Assembly (NCBI GenBank): GCA_025808415.1
Contig: CP075525.1
Coordinates: 3,974,525 to 4,038,524, forward strand
Direction: 5' to 3'
DNA: 64,000 nt
From: Cyclobacteriaceae bacterium
GTDB taxonomy: Bacteria; Bacteroidota; Bacteroidia; Cytophagales; Cyclobacteriaceae
Below, piece after piece: positions 28,175-37,683 of the stretch. Position numbers and translations under genes: made by a program. The notes beneath the pieces are model-generated. The model saw nothing but the letters and a program-made list of their open reading frames with translations, searched no databases and was not told the origin of the DNA. Position 1 is the stretch's first letter. Each line of letters begins with the position of its first letter.

Positions 28175-30709
28175 TTACTCCTGGCCTTTTGCCTTCATCA
28201 ATTTAAATTCCCTGAACCTGCGCACCATGGCTATGCCAAAGCCGGCCATGAGTACCAGGGTTCCCATCCATAAAACGTTAACGAAGGGCTTTTCGAGGGC
28301 TTTGATTACCACCCAATCCTTTTGACGTGTGTACACATTAAGCGTGAGTTCATCGGTTTGCGGATGAACATTCATCAACGAAATTTTCAGTCCGAGTTCA
28401 GGAATAACCCCCGGCACAATTCCTCCACGCGATTGCGTTCCGATAATTAATATAGGTTCTGCAGTATAATCCTGTTTCTCGCCACGCACCAACACATTTG
28501 CCTTAATAGCCACGAAGGATGAATCAATTTTTTGTCCGCCAATTTCATACACCCGGTTAAGGCTCTCCACCGAAGCCACGTAATCATTGGCAAAAAACTG
28601 AGCCGTGCGCTTCAATGTCATTTCTTCGGGCTCACTCCAATCTTCCTTGGCTTCTTCCGTCATGGGCGCTGAAATGTGGGTATACAGATCCAGTGTTGCT
28701 TTTCGGTTTATATCCGGGGAGGCCATATTGCCAAAGCGGGGATTAACCTGTAGCCGTGGGTACTGAACAAAAACAACCTTACCATCTTTTCTGAATTCAA
28801 TCTCGTAAAAGGTGTTCTCCGGATTTATTTCAAAACGCTCACCGGCCTTATACAACTGCCGGTTTTTAAATGTGATGTCCCGTTTCGCAACAACCGTATA
28901 CGGATCATCCGTGTAATCAACATCTGATTTTTTTATAAACCCATGTTTATAGCGTGGCTCAATACGTTCGCCAATATATTCAATCTGATAACCGGCCATG
29001 TCGCGTGGCTCATGAACAAAGAGTAAAAGATTTTCACGGTTAAACTCTTCGCTTAACTGGCGTGAGATCAACATACCGGTATTGTTCAGCGAAACCACTT
29101 TGGAATACCCGGATGAAAACAAAATACCAACCAGCATAAGGCCCACACCAATGTGCGCAACCGCACCACCGGAAAGTGCTGGACTTGATTTTAATATCGA
29201 ATAAAGAATTTTGCCATTGGAAATAACGGTAAACAACCCAGCAAAAAGCAAAAGCACATAGCTGAAGTTAAAGCGTCCTATATTTATGATTATCACGGTG
29301 AGCAACATGGCCGAAACAAAAGGGAAAAACAGTTGCTTTTTAAGCTCACCTTTATCGATTTTTTTCCACCAAAAGAATTGTCCGATTGCAGAGAGTATAC
29401 CAATCGCAATAGCAAACCATATCTGAAACTTCGAAAAGTATTCTACCTGATCGCCCGGAAGGGCAATATTAGAGATGCCACCAAACGATTCAACCAGTTG
29501 ATTCCAGGCAGGAAATGATGTGGGCACCAGCACCTGAAAGCCCATTAAACACAAAACAGTTGCCCCAATAAAAATCCAGAACTCGCGTGAATAGGTTGAG
29601 ATTTCAGTTTTAGATGATGGAATTTCTTTCCAGCGGATAATAGCCAGGGCTAATGCCGCTATCATAAAGAACAACAAGTACAACAGCAACTGACCCGAAA
29701 GTCCCAAGTCAGTAAAAGAGTGCACTGACGCATCGCCCAATACTCCACTGCGGGTTAAAAAGGTTGAATAAAGGATAAGAATGAAAACAGCTATAACCAG
29801 AATAATGGAAGCCTTCAATGCGGTTTCACTATTCTTATAGGTGATCATGGTGTGAATAGAAGCAATGAGAACAAGCCATGGAACATAAACAGCATTTTCT
29901 ACCGGATCCCAATTCCAGTAACCTCCAAAATTCAATGTTTCGTACGCCCAATAACCACCCATTAAAATTCCAAGACCGAGTATAGCACCGGCAAACAACG
30001 ACCACGGTAAAGCCGGACGTACCCATTCACGGTAACGCTTCAACCACAAGCCCGCGATACAAAATGAAAACGGAACAAGCGTGGCCGCAAAGCCAAGGAA
30101 CAATGTAGGCGGATGAATAACCATCCAATAGTTTTGCAGCAGTGGATTTAACCCTGCACCATCTTGCGGAATGAAATCAGGTTGAACCGTGAAGATGGGA
30201 TCAGGCATGGCATCGCGAAGCAGAATGAAAGGTGAACTACCGATTTTTAATTCAAGCCCGGGAAGTACTACACCCAAAATCATTGACGTAAGAAATGCCT
30301 GCACAACGGAGAATACCGTCATGACTGGCCCTTCCCAAAATTTATTCGTGAGAATGATTACAATACCCAGTACCGCATGCCAGAACATCCATAACAGAAA
30401 GCTTCCTTCCTGTCCGTTCCAAAATGTAGAGACCAGGTAGTGTGCCGGGAGCTTTTTATCAGAATGACTGTAGGCGTAATGATATTCAAAGTAGTGATTC
30501 TTAATGATGATGAATAACGTAACTACAATACCCAACACAGCCAATGCGTGCACATAAAAACTTATCCTGCCGTTGAGCAGCCAACCATGCTTCTTATCAA
30601 TATCCTGTGTTATTGTTGCTTTAAAGTAGGAGAAGAAAGCCACCAGGGCCGCAACAAAAGAGGTGATAACAAAAAAATGTCCGAGGTTGCCAATGAAGTA
30701 GTGAATCAT
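28175..30709 (-). CDS. ccmF: Cytochrome c-type biogenesis protein CcmF (haem lyase, System I)
   Basis: Polytopic, 844 aa, with the W-rich motif WAYETLNFGGYWNWDPVEN and a large C-terminal periplasmic domain. It sits in a ccmBCDE-F gene order. Confidence 0.85.
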   Translation of the reverse strand: MIHYFIGNLGHFFVITSFVAALVAFFSYFKATITQDIDKKHGWLLNGRISFYVHALAVLGIVVTLFIIIKNHYFEYHYAYSHSDKKLPAHYLVSTFWNGQEGSFLLWMFWHAVLGIVIILTNKFWEGPVMTVFSVVQAFLTSMILGVVLPGLELKIGSSPFILLRDAMPDPIFTVQPDFIPQDGAGLNPLLQNYWMVIHPPTLFLGFAATLVPFSFCIAGLWLKRYREWVRPALPWSLFAGAILGLGILMGGYWAYETLNFGGYWNWDPVENAVYVPWLVLIASIHTMITYKNSETALKASIILVIAVFILILYSTFLTRSGVLGDASVHSFTDLGLSGQLLLYLLFFMIAALALAIIRWKEIPSSKTEISTYSREFWIFIGATVLCLMGFQVLVPTSFPAWNQLVESFGGISNIALPGDQVEYFSKFQIWFAIAIGILSAIGQFFWWKKIDKGELKKQLFFPFVSAMLLTVIIINIGRFNFSYVLLLFAGLFTVISNGKILYSILKSSPALSGGAVAHIGVGLMLVGILFSSGYSKVVSLNNTGMLISRQLSEEFNRENLLLFVHEPRDMAGYQIEYIGERIEPRYKHGFIKKSDVDYTDDPYTVVAKRDITFKNRQLYKAGERFEINPENTFYEIEFRKDGKVVFVQYPRLQVNPRFGNMASPDINRKATLDLYTHISAPMTEEAKEDWSEPEEMTLKRTAQFFANDYVASVESLNRVYEIGGQKIDSSFVAIKANVLVRGEKQDYTAEPILIIGTQSRGGIVPGVIPELGLKISLMNVHPQTDELTLNVYTRQKDWVVIKALEKPFVNVLWMGTLVLMAGFGIAMVRRFREFKLMKAKGQE

Positions 30710-30714
30710 TCAGA

Positions 30715-30745
30715 ATTTATGATTTATGATTTACGATTTACGATT
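30715..30745. repeat. Heptanucleotide tandem array (ATTTATG x2, ATTTACG x2, ATT) directly upstream of the ccmF start
   Basis: Read directly from the sequence. The period is 7 nt, with 4.4 units, and the array begins 6 nt from the ccmF ATG (30709..30707 on the minus strand). Confidence 0.9.
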
Positions 30746-30798
30746 CCGGGTAATGTGATAGAAAAATCGAAAACGATAAACCAGAGATTTCGATAATT

Positions 30799-31209
30799 TT
30801 AAACACCCGCGTTAAGGGTTTGTTCCTGGTATTTCGAAGGGCACTTTAACAGGATTTTTTCTGCATGGAAATCTTCTCCTTTGTATCCACCAATCACAAC
30901 AACTTTTTCAGATCGTATAAAATCCTGCGGCATCGGCTGGTTGTAATATACTTTTTGTTCTTTGCCTCCCTCATCCACCATCACAAAAGAAAAAGAAACC
31001 TTATCGGCTCCGGCTTCAATACCAACCACTTTACCGGAAGCGTCCTTTTTTAAATCGCCCACCACATGAATACTTTTTGATTTTCCGGAAGAAGCCATTT
31101 GATACGCTTCTGTAAACGTAACATAGGTGCTGGCATCATTCGTTGACGACACGATTATAGCAACCGCAACCGCGATAATAACGATGATAAAGATGTGTGA
31201 TTTTTTCAT
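30799..31209 (-). CDS. ccmE: Cytochrome c maturation haem chaperone CcmE, variant CxxxY type
   Basis: An N-terminal TM anchor followed by an OB-fold-like body. The C-terminal KCPSKY places Cys123 (codon at 30843..30841) and Tyr127 where canonical CcmE has HxxxY. Confidence 0.8.
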   Translation of the reverse strand: MKKSHIFIIVIIAVAVAIIVSSTNDASTYVTFTEAYQMASSGKSKSIHVVGDLKKDASGKVVGIEAGADKVSFSFVMVDEGGKEQKVYYNQPMPQDFIRSEKVVVIGGYKGEDFHAEKILLKCPSKYQEQTLNAGV

Positions 31210-31248
31210 CCCAGATTATGCATTAAAATTTAATACCAACTAAATAAG

Positions 31249-31390
31249 GCTGACGAATGCTGATGGTGCCATCAGTATTGTCAGGGTTAACCTTGACAAT
31301 GAAAATCACCAATCAGGTTGATCAAAAAATTTAGTCTAAGTTGATGATTTTCATTCGTCAAACTATGCAATAGAAACCTAATGCATAGTT
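31249..31390. repeat. Cluster of nested and overlapping inverted repeats in the ccmD-ccmE spacer (structured RNA or MITE-like element; function unknown)
   Basis: Four pairings. (1) TGACGAATG 31251..31259 with CATTCGTCA 31352..31360. (2) A 20-bp arm at 31293..31312 with 31341..31361. (3) Small hairpins at 31260..31275 and 31278..31299. (4) CTATGCA 31363..31369 with TGCATAG 31382..31388. Confidence 0.6.
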
Positions 31391-31488
31391 CCGGTTCATG
31401 TTTCTACCCTGCTTAAACCGGTTCAAAATTAACCCAAAAACAACGCAAAACCAGTGACATAAATCACCCTAAAATATGCCAAATTGAC

Positions 31489-31704
31489 CTATTTTATCCG
31501 GTTTTCGAGGTTTTTTACTTTCCTGTCCAGCATAAATAAGTAAACTACCAGTCCGGCCAGCACAATCAGCACAATAGCCACAATCACATAAATTTTCCCT
31601 TCCGTGCGCATCGTATCGGCCATCTCCACTTCGGATTGGGCCAATCCAACGTTCGTAACGAGCAGCAGAACTAATCCTGTAATTCTAATGATGATATCTT
31701 TCAT
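31489..31704 (-). CDS. CcmD-like small membrane protein
   Basis: 71 aa counted from the ATG at 31704. The C-terminal TM segment and tail (IYVIVAIVLIVLAGLVVYLFMLDRKVKNLENRIK) resemble CcmD. Its start overlaps the ccmC stop in an ATGA arrangement. Confidence 0.5.
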   Translation of the reverse strand: MKDIIIRITGLVLLLVTNVGLAQSEVEMADTMRTEGKIYVIVAIVLIVLAGLVVYLFMLDRKVKNLENRIK

Positions 31705-32363
31705 TCGTTGTCGATAATTTTTTCTTCCAATTTTTTGATCCGCACCCGAAGGGACACAATCCACAATCCAATTAAAAACCAGGCAATCACGGCAGGATAA
31801 AATACCAACCGCATACGGCTATCCAGATCATAGGCATTGAAGCCCGGATTGCCCCCACTACCCGGATGCATACTGCTGGTGAGGCGTGGAATGATAAAGA
31901 TGAGGGGTATCATGGCTGCGAAGGCAAAAATGTTATACACACCACTTAACCTTGCACGCTGCTCTTCATTATCCAATGAACCCCGTAACACGAAATACGC
32001 CAGGTAAACCAATAGTGCTATGGCAGCACCGTTTTGTTTTGGGTCGCCATGCCAGGGCGAACCCCAGGTATAATTTGCCCACAACATACCGGTAATCATC
32101 CCTAAAACACCAAAGGCGGTACCGACATGGGCATACGCTACAGACTTAAGATCAAATTCGGGTGTCGGATTTTTTAAATACCTAACGGCATAGTAAACTG
32201 ACATCAGGTACAGCAGCACCATGCCAAACCACATGGGCACATGAAAGTATAAAGCACGAACGGTCTCATTCAGGATATTCAACCGTGGCACGTCCATCAG
32301 CAAACCAGCCGTGTGAACATAAACCAGAAGGAGTATGGCAATTACTTTTAACCAGACTTTCAT
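31701..32363 (-). CDS. ccmC: Haem exporter protein CcmC
   Basis: W-rich motif WANYTWGSPWHGDPKQ, flanking conserved His residues, 6 TM helices, and a position between ccmB and ccmD. Confidence 0.85.
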   Translation of the reverse strand: MKVWLKVIAILLLVYVHTAGLLMDVPRLNILNETVRALYFHVPMWFGMVLLYLMSVYYAVRYLKNPTPEFDLKSVAYAHVGTAFGVLGMITGMLWANYTWGSPWHGDPKQNGAAIALLVYLAYFVLRGSLDNEEQRARLSGVYNIFAFAAMIPLIFIIPRLTSSMHPGSGGNPGFNAYDLDSRMRLVFYPAVIAWFLIGLWIVSLRVRIKKLEEKIIDNE

Positions 32364-32430
32364 TCAAATATTACGTAAGCAATCACTCATTAGCCAATAC
32401 GTTAAAAATGGGCTAATTGAAAATTAATTC

Positions 32431-33099
32431 TTAACTGCGCCAAATATACGGGAACAGGATATACCCCAATGCACCCCCAATGCAATTTATGGCCAGCAGG
32501 TTGAGCAGCTCATCCGTACTGGCCGAGCGGTCAATTCCATCCAATGCATTTTTTGTGGCCCGCACAGCCATGAGTAATATGGAAATTACCACCGGGAAAC
32601 TGAGTACAGCCATAAGCACATTACTGTTATTGGCTTTTGATGCAATGCCGGATATTAAACTCAGTGACGTTGAAAACCCAATTGAGGCAAGTAACAAAAC
32701 AGACAAAAAAATCAAACGGTCCTGAACAGGGTTAAAAATAAAAATCGAAAAGAGCACATAGCCCGCCATTGAAATTAACCAACACAATAAAGCGTTATAA
32801 ATGATTTTTGAAACAATAATCTGCTGCGGACTGGCTACGGTATATAGGTATATGACCACGCCCTTCTTTTCACCAATAAAACTTTTGGCCACACTGTTTA
32901 CGACCGAAAATAATATGGTAAGCCAAAACAAAGCCGACCAGGTATACGGGCCAATGATATTCTCCTTCAGGTTAAAAGTGAGGTAACAAATAAAAATGAG
33001 ACTAAACAGGTATAAGCCCAAACCGGCAATAACCGACTTTCGCCTCAATTCCAGGATAAACTCTTTGCGCAGAAGCTGAATAATAATTCTTGTGTTCAA
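32431..33099 (-). CDS. ccmB: Haem exporter permease CcmB
   Basis: 222-aa 6-TM protein. Its N-terminus LLRKEFILELRRKS and its position upstream of ccmC fit CcmB. Confidence 0.7.
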   Translation of the reverse strand: MNTRIIIQLLRKEFILELRRKSVIAGLGLYLFSLIFICYLTFNLKENIIGPYTWSALFWLTILFSVVNSVAKSFIGEKKGVVIYLYTVASPQQIIVSKIIYNALLCWLISMAGYVLFSIFIFNPVQDRLIFLSVLLLASIGFSTSLSLISGIASKANNSNVLMAVLSFPVVISILLMAVRATKNALDGIDRSASTDELLNLLAINCIGGALGYILFPYIWRS

Positions 33100-33169
33100 G
33101 GCGGATTAAGGAGGTTGCACAAGTTTATTGAAAATCAGCCCAAATTAACGGTCTCAGCCCATAAATTGT

Positions 33170-33177
33170 TAGTTTTG
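33170..33177 (+). promoter_or_regulatory. Candidate -7 promoter box for the nucleotide-sugar cluster
   Basis: TAGTTTTG matches TAnnTTTG, 22 nt upstream of the ATG at 33200. Confidence 0.3.
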
Positions 33178-33199
33178 CACTCCTTTTTAGTACCGCTGA

Positions 33200-34225
33200 A
33201 TGAACACCAAAAAAACAGTTTTAGTTACCGGGGCCGCAGGCTTTATCGGGTTTCACCTGAGCAAACGCCTGTGCGCAGAGGGCTATCAGGTTACCGGAAC
33301 CGACAACCTGAACGATTACTACGATGTACGCCTCAAACACTCCCGGCTTGACATTCTTAAGAAAACACCAGGGTTCACTTTTATTGAAGCCGAACTTACC
33401 GATAAGAGCACCATCGATCAGATTTTTGCGTCAGGCAAATTTAATTATATGATTAACCTGGCGGCACAAGCGGGCGTTCGATATTCACTTACCAATCCTT
33501 ATGCCTATTTGGAAAGCAACATGCACGGCTTCCTGAATATTCTGGAGGCTTGCCGGCACAATAAAGTTGAGCACCTGGTCTATGCATCGTCCAGCTCGGT
33601 GTACGGTGCCAATAAGAAAATGCCTTTCTCGGTACACCACAATGTAGATCATCCGCTATCGCTTTATGCCGCCTCCAAAAAGTCGAATGAGTTGATGGCA
33701 CACACCTATTCATCGCTCTATAACCTGCCTACAACAGGATTGCGATTTTTTACGGTATACGGTCCTTACGGCCGTCCGGATATGGCCTTGTTTATTTTCA
33801 CCAAAGCCATTGTTGAAGGGAAAACCATAGATGTTTACAATCATGGAAAAATGAAACGCGATTTCACCTTTATTGATGATATCGTTGAAGGCATAACACG
33901 TTTGGTGCCGATCGTGCCAAAACCCAATACACAATGGGATGGCAATCAACCTGATCCCGCCAGCAGCTTTGCACCCTACAAGATTTATAACATCGGGAAT
34001 AACAAACCGGTAGAACTGCTTCGGTTTATTGAGGTAATCGAAGAGAAACTTGGAAAGAAAGCGGTTAAGAACTTTATGCCCCTTCAGGATGGCGATGTAC
34101 CGGAAACCTATGCCGATGTGGATGACCTGATGCACGATGCTGGCTTTAAACCGGCAACCTCAATTGAAGAAGGCATTGGCAAATTCATCGATTGGTACGT
34201 TGAGTATTACAACATCAAGAAATAA
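33200..34225 (+). CDS. NAD-dependent UDP-glucuronate / UDP-GlcNAcA 4-epimerase (SDR; TviC/Cap1J/WbpP-like)
   Basis: [14 protein letters not shown] Rossmann motif, the [12 protein letters not shown] signature of the uronate epimerase subgroup, and the catalytic YAASK. Confidence 0.85.
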   Translation: MNTKKTVLVTGAAGFIGFHLSKRLCAEGYQVTGTDNLNDYYDVRLKHSRLDILKKTPGFTFIEAELTDKSTIDQIFASGKFNYMINLAAQAGVRYSLTNPYAYLESNMHGFLNILEACRHNKVEHLVYASSSSVYGANKKMPFSVHHNVDHPLSLYAASKKSNELMAHTYSSLYNLPTTGLRFFTVYGPYGRPDMALFIFTKAIVEGKTIDVYNHGKMKRDFTFIDDIVEGITRLVPIVPKPNTQWDGNQPDPASSFAPYKIYNIGNNKPVELLRFIEVIEEKLGKKAVKNFMPLQDGDVPETYADVDDLMHDAGFKPATSIEEGIGKFIDWYVEYYNIKK

Positions 34226-34231
34226 ATAATC

Positions 34232-35482
34232 ATGGATAAAATTGGAATTATTGGATTGGGTTACGTTGGCCTTCCGCTGGCCGTAGAGTTTGGAAAAGTA
34301 ATGGAGGTGGTTGGCTTTGATATCAATAAAGAGCGGATTGAGGAATTAAAAAAGGGGCATGACCGCACACGCGAAGTGGAAGATCATGAACTTAAGAGCG
34401 CAACAAAACTGACCTATTCACATGATTTGAATGACCTGAAAGCTGTCAACTACTTTATCGTAACCGTGCCCACGCCTGTAGATGAATATCGGAAGCCCGA
34501 TCTTCGGCCGTTGCAAAGCGCAAGCAAAACGGTTGGTGCCGTTATTAAAAAAGGTGACATTGTGATTTATGAATCAACCGTTTACCCCGGTTGTACGGAA
34601 GAAGATTGTATCCCGATTGTTGAGCAGGTTAGCGGATTGAAATACAACGTTGACTTTTTTGGTGGCTACTCCCCCGAGCGGATTAATCCTGGCGACAAAT
34701 TGCATCGGGTTACAACCATAAAAAAAGTTACCAGCGGAAGCACTCCTGAAATTGCTGAGAAGGTTGACCAGCTTTACCGTAAAATTATAACAGCAGGAAC
34801 GCACAAAGCCTCCTCTATACGGGTTGCAGAGGCTGCCAAGGTTATTGAAAATGCACAGCGCGATATTAACATCGCATTCGTGAACGAACTGGCCTTGATC
34901 TTTGATAAGATGGGGATTGATACACATGAAGTGTTGGAAGCAGCAGGAACGAAATGGAATTTTCTACCCTTTAAGCCAGGTTTGGTAGGCGGGCACTGCA
35001 TTGGTGTTGATCCGTATTACCTTACTTATAAAGCTGAAAGCCTGGGCTACCATCCGGAAGTAATTCTGGCCGGAAGAAGGATCAATGACAATATGGGCGC
35101 GCACATTGCCGGCAATGTGATAAAACTCATGGCTCAAAATCAATTACCCGTTTACGGCAGTGACATCCTTGTACTGGGTATAGCATTCAAAGAAAATTGC
35201 CCGGACATCCGAAACAGTAAAGTGGTAGATGTAATTCAGGAATTGAAAAGTTACGGAACTAACGTTGATATTTTTGATCCCTGGGCAGATGCCGAAGAAG
35301 TGCAGCATGAATATGGCCTGCAATTAGTGGATAAGCTCTCCAAAAAATACCATGCGATTGTACTGGCCGTTGGACATGAAGAATTTAATTTGTTGGATTG
35401 GAGTGTGGTGAAACAAAACAACACCGTTATTTATGATGTGAAGGGCTTTTTAAACCGCGGCTTGGCAACATCACGCTTATAA
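34232..35482 (+). CDS. Nucleotide-sugar 6-dehydrogenase (UDP-glucose/GDP-mannose dehydrogenase family; TviB/WbpO-like)
   Basis: [14 protein letters not shown] Rossmann motif, catalytic Cys region [14 protein letters not shown], and a C-terminal UDP-binding domain. Confidence 0.85.
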   Translation: MDKIGIIGLGYVGLPLAVEFGKVMEVVGFDINKERIEELKKGHDRTREVEDHELKSATKLTYSHDLNDLKAVNYFIVTVPTPVDEYRKPDLRPLQSASKTVGAVIKKGDIVIYESTVYPGCTEEDCIPIVEQVSGLKYNVDFFGGYSPERINPGDKLHRVTTIKKVTSGSTPEIAEKVDQLYRKIITAGTHKASSIRVAEAAKVIENAQRDINIAFVNELALIFDKMGIDTHEVLEAAGTKWNFLPFKPGLVGGHCIGVDPYYLTYKAESLGYHPEVILAGRRINDNMGAHIAGNVIKLMAQNQLPVYGSDILVLGIAFKENCPDIRNSKVVDVIQELKSYGTNVDIFDPWADAEEVQHEYGLQLVDKLSKKYHAIVLAVGHEEFNLLDWSVVKQNNTVIYDVKGFLNRGLATSRL

Positions 35483-35485
35483 GCA

Positions 35486-36514
35486 ATGAGTTCATCAACA
35501 AAAATATTGGTAACTGGTGGCGCAGGCTATATTGGCGCCCATACCGTTGTTGAGTTGATGGCGGCAGGCTACGATCCGGTTATCGTTGATAACCTTTCAG
35601 CCAGCGATAAAACACTTTTGGCAGGCATTCACCAGATAACGGGTAAGGTTCCCAACTTTCACCAGGGCGATTGCCGCGATAAAAATTTTTTGAACTTCGT
35701 ATTTAAAACACAAGGTCCTTTTAGTTGTGTCATGCACTTCGCTGCTTTTAAGTCAGTAGGCGAATCGGTACAGAAACCATTGTTATACCATCAAAACAAT
35801 GTGGGCTCCCTGCTCACCTTACTGGAGGTTATGGAAGAGCATGGCGTTAAAGATTTTATCTTTTCATCCTCTTGTACAGTTTACGGTCAGCCCGATAAAA
35901 TTCCGGTAGATGAGCGCGCCCCTTTCAAGCGGGCCGAATCGCCTTACGGTGCTACCAAGCAACTTTGTGAGCGGATATTAGAAGATGTGCATACAACAGG
36001 TTTTCGTATTATATCGCTTCGTTACTTTAACCCCATTGGGGCCCACCCCAGCGCACTCATGGGTGAACTTCCTATTGGCGTGCCCAACAACCTGGTACCG
36101 TTTATTACACAAACAGCCGCGGGCTTACGGAAAAAACTTACTGTTTTCGGCAACGACTACAATACCCCCGATGGTTCATGCATCCGCGATTTTATCCATG
36201 TAGTTGACCTGGCCGATGTTCATGTAAAAGCATTGGCTTACCTGGCGAAAGATTCACGCAAAAATGTTTACGATGCTTTCAATGTTGGAACAGGTAAAGG
36301 TGCTTCCGTTCTTGAACTGGTGAATACCTTCATCCGCGCAACTGGCGCTCCCCTTCCATTTGTTATTGGCCCACGCAGGCCGGGCGATGTTGAGAAAGTA
36401 TATGCCGACCCGACTAAAGTAAACAATACACTCAAGTGGTCAACCAAATACGCCATGGAAGATGCCCTTAAACATGCCTGGGCCTGGGAGCAAAAACTAT
36501 TGAAAAGCCGCTAA
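35486..36514 (+). CDS. galE: UDP-glucose 4-epimerase
   Basis: ILVTGGAGYIGAH, SSSCTVYG, catalytic YGATK, and RYFNPIGAHPS, typical of GalE. Confidence 0.9.
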   Translation: MSSSTKILVTGGAGYIGAHTVVELMAAGYDPVIVDNLSASDKTLLAGIHQITGKVPNFHQGDCRDKNFLNFVFKTQGPFSCVMHFAAFKSVGESVQKPLLYHQNNVGSLLTLLEVMEEHGVKDFIFSSSCTVYGQPDKIPVDERAPFKRAESPYGATKQLCERILEDVHTTGFRIISLRYFNPIGAHPSALMGELPIGVPNNLVPFITQTAAGLRKKLTVFGNDYNTPDGSCIRDFIHVVDLADVHVKALAYLAKDSRKNVYDAFNVGTGKGASVLELVNTFIRATGAPLPFVIGPRRPGDVEKVYADPTKVNNTLKWSTKYAMEDALKHAWAWEQKLLKSR

Positions 36515-36522
36515 CTTTAAGT

Positions 36523-37629
36523 GTGCATATCCCTTTCATAAACCTACGCCTTCAGTACGAATCCATCCGAACGGAAATTGATGAGGCCATTCAATTGGCG
36601 TTTCGTGATGCTCAGTTTATTGGTGGGACTCCAGTAAAAAAATTCGAGGAGCAGTTCGCCAATTTGTTCGGTATGCCACACTGCATCAGTACAGGCAATG
36701 GCACCGACTCGCTGTTTATCATTTTAAAGGCACTTGGTATCAAAACCGGAGATGAAGTGATAACACCGGCATTTGGCTGCATGCCTTCAGCCGAAGTGAT
36801 TTCCCTTGCCGGTGCTAACCCGGTGTTTTGCGATGTTGACCCCAACTTTTACACAGTAGACCCTGAACAACTCCAAAAAAAAATCACTGCTAAAACAAAA
36901 GCAGTCATAGCCGTTCATTTATACGGGCAGGCTGCACCACTAACTCAGATCAAAAAAATATGTGATGAGCGAGGAATTTTTCTGATCGAAGATTGTGCAC
37001 AGGCGCACCTTACCCGCGATGAAAACGGCAGACTTGCCGGCACGGTTGGGATTGCCGCTGCTTTTAGTTTTTACCCAACCAAAAATTTGGGTGCCTATGG
37101 TGATGCCGGTTGTATTCTTACGCATAACGATGTTCTTGCTGAAAAAATGCGCAGGCTTCGAAACCACGGTGCTTTGGTGAAAGACGATCATGAACTGGAA
37201 GGGATGAATAGCCGTATGGATACGCTACAGGCAGCATTGTTATCCGTAAAATTAAAACACCTGGTTGCGTGGAGCGCCAGGCGAACAGCACAGGCCCAAC
37301 AGTATGCTACACAACTTTCAAACTTACCACAGGTTCAACTTCCACAGGAACGATCCGGGTCAACGCACTCTTATCATATATTTTGCATAGTAACCGAACA
37401 ACGCGATGAACTGAAAAACTACCTGGCCGAACATGGTGTGGAAACACTTATCCATTACCCTGCAGGTTTACCTTTTACACCAGCCTATCGTCACTTGCTT
37501 CATACCGAAAAAGAATTTCCGGTAACGCACCGGTTACAACACCAGGTGCTTTCACTGCCACTATACCCTGAGCTGAAGCCAGAACAGGTAACCTGTGTGG
37601 CGCAACTAATCCGCCAATATTTTTCATAG
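36523..37629 (+). CDS. DegT/DnrJ/EryC1/StrS-family PLP-dependent sugar aminotransferase
   Basis: Family pattern (FEEQFANLFGMPHCISTGNGTDSL, DCAQAH, FSFYPTKNLGAYGDAG, RNHG). The start appears to be the GTG at 36523. Confidence 0.85.
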   Translation: MHIPFINLRLQYESIRTEIDEAIQLAFRDAQFIGGTPVKKFEEQFANLFGMPHCISTGNGTDSLFIILKALGIKTGDEVITPAFGCMPSAEVISLAGANPVFCDVDPNFYTVDPEQLQKKITAKTKAVIAVHLYGQAAPLTQIKKICDERGIFLIEDCAQAHLTRDENGRLAGTVGIAAAFSFYPTKNLGAYGDAGCILTHNDVLAEKMRRLRNHGALVKDDHELEGMNSRMDTLQAALLSVKLKHLVAWSARRTAQAQQYATQLSNLPQVQLPQERSGSTHSYHIFCIVTEQRDELKNYLAEHGVETLIHYPAGLPFTPAYRHLLHTEKEFPVTHRLQHQVLSLPLYPELKPEQVTCVAQLIRQYFS

Positions 37630-37683
37630 CCGAACCGTGCCCACGCCTTTTAATCCTTAATTTTACGGCCTACATCCAAACCT

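Noticed and set aside
31257-31334. A 25-codon plus-strand ORF (MLMVPSVLSGLTLTMKITNQVDQKI) inside the ccmD-ccmE spacer, plus 7-15 codon ORFs on the minus strand.
   Set aside because: It lies on the strand opposite the operon, has no recognisable promoter or features, and coincides with the inverted-repeat arms. It is more likely a by-product of the repeat structure than a gene. Ribosome profiling or conservation of the reading frame would be needed to revive it.
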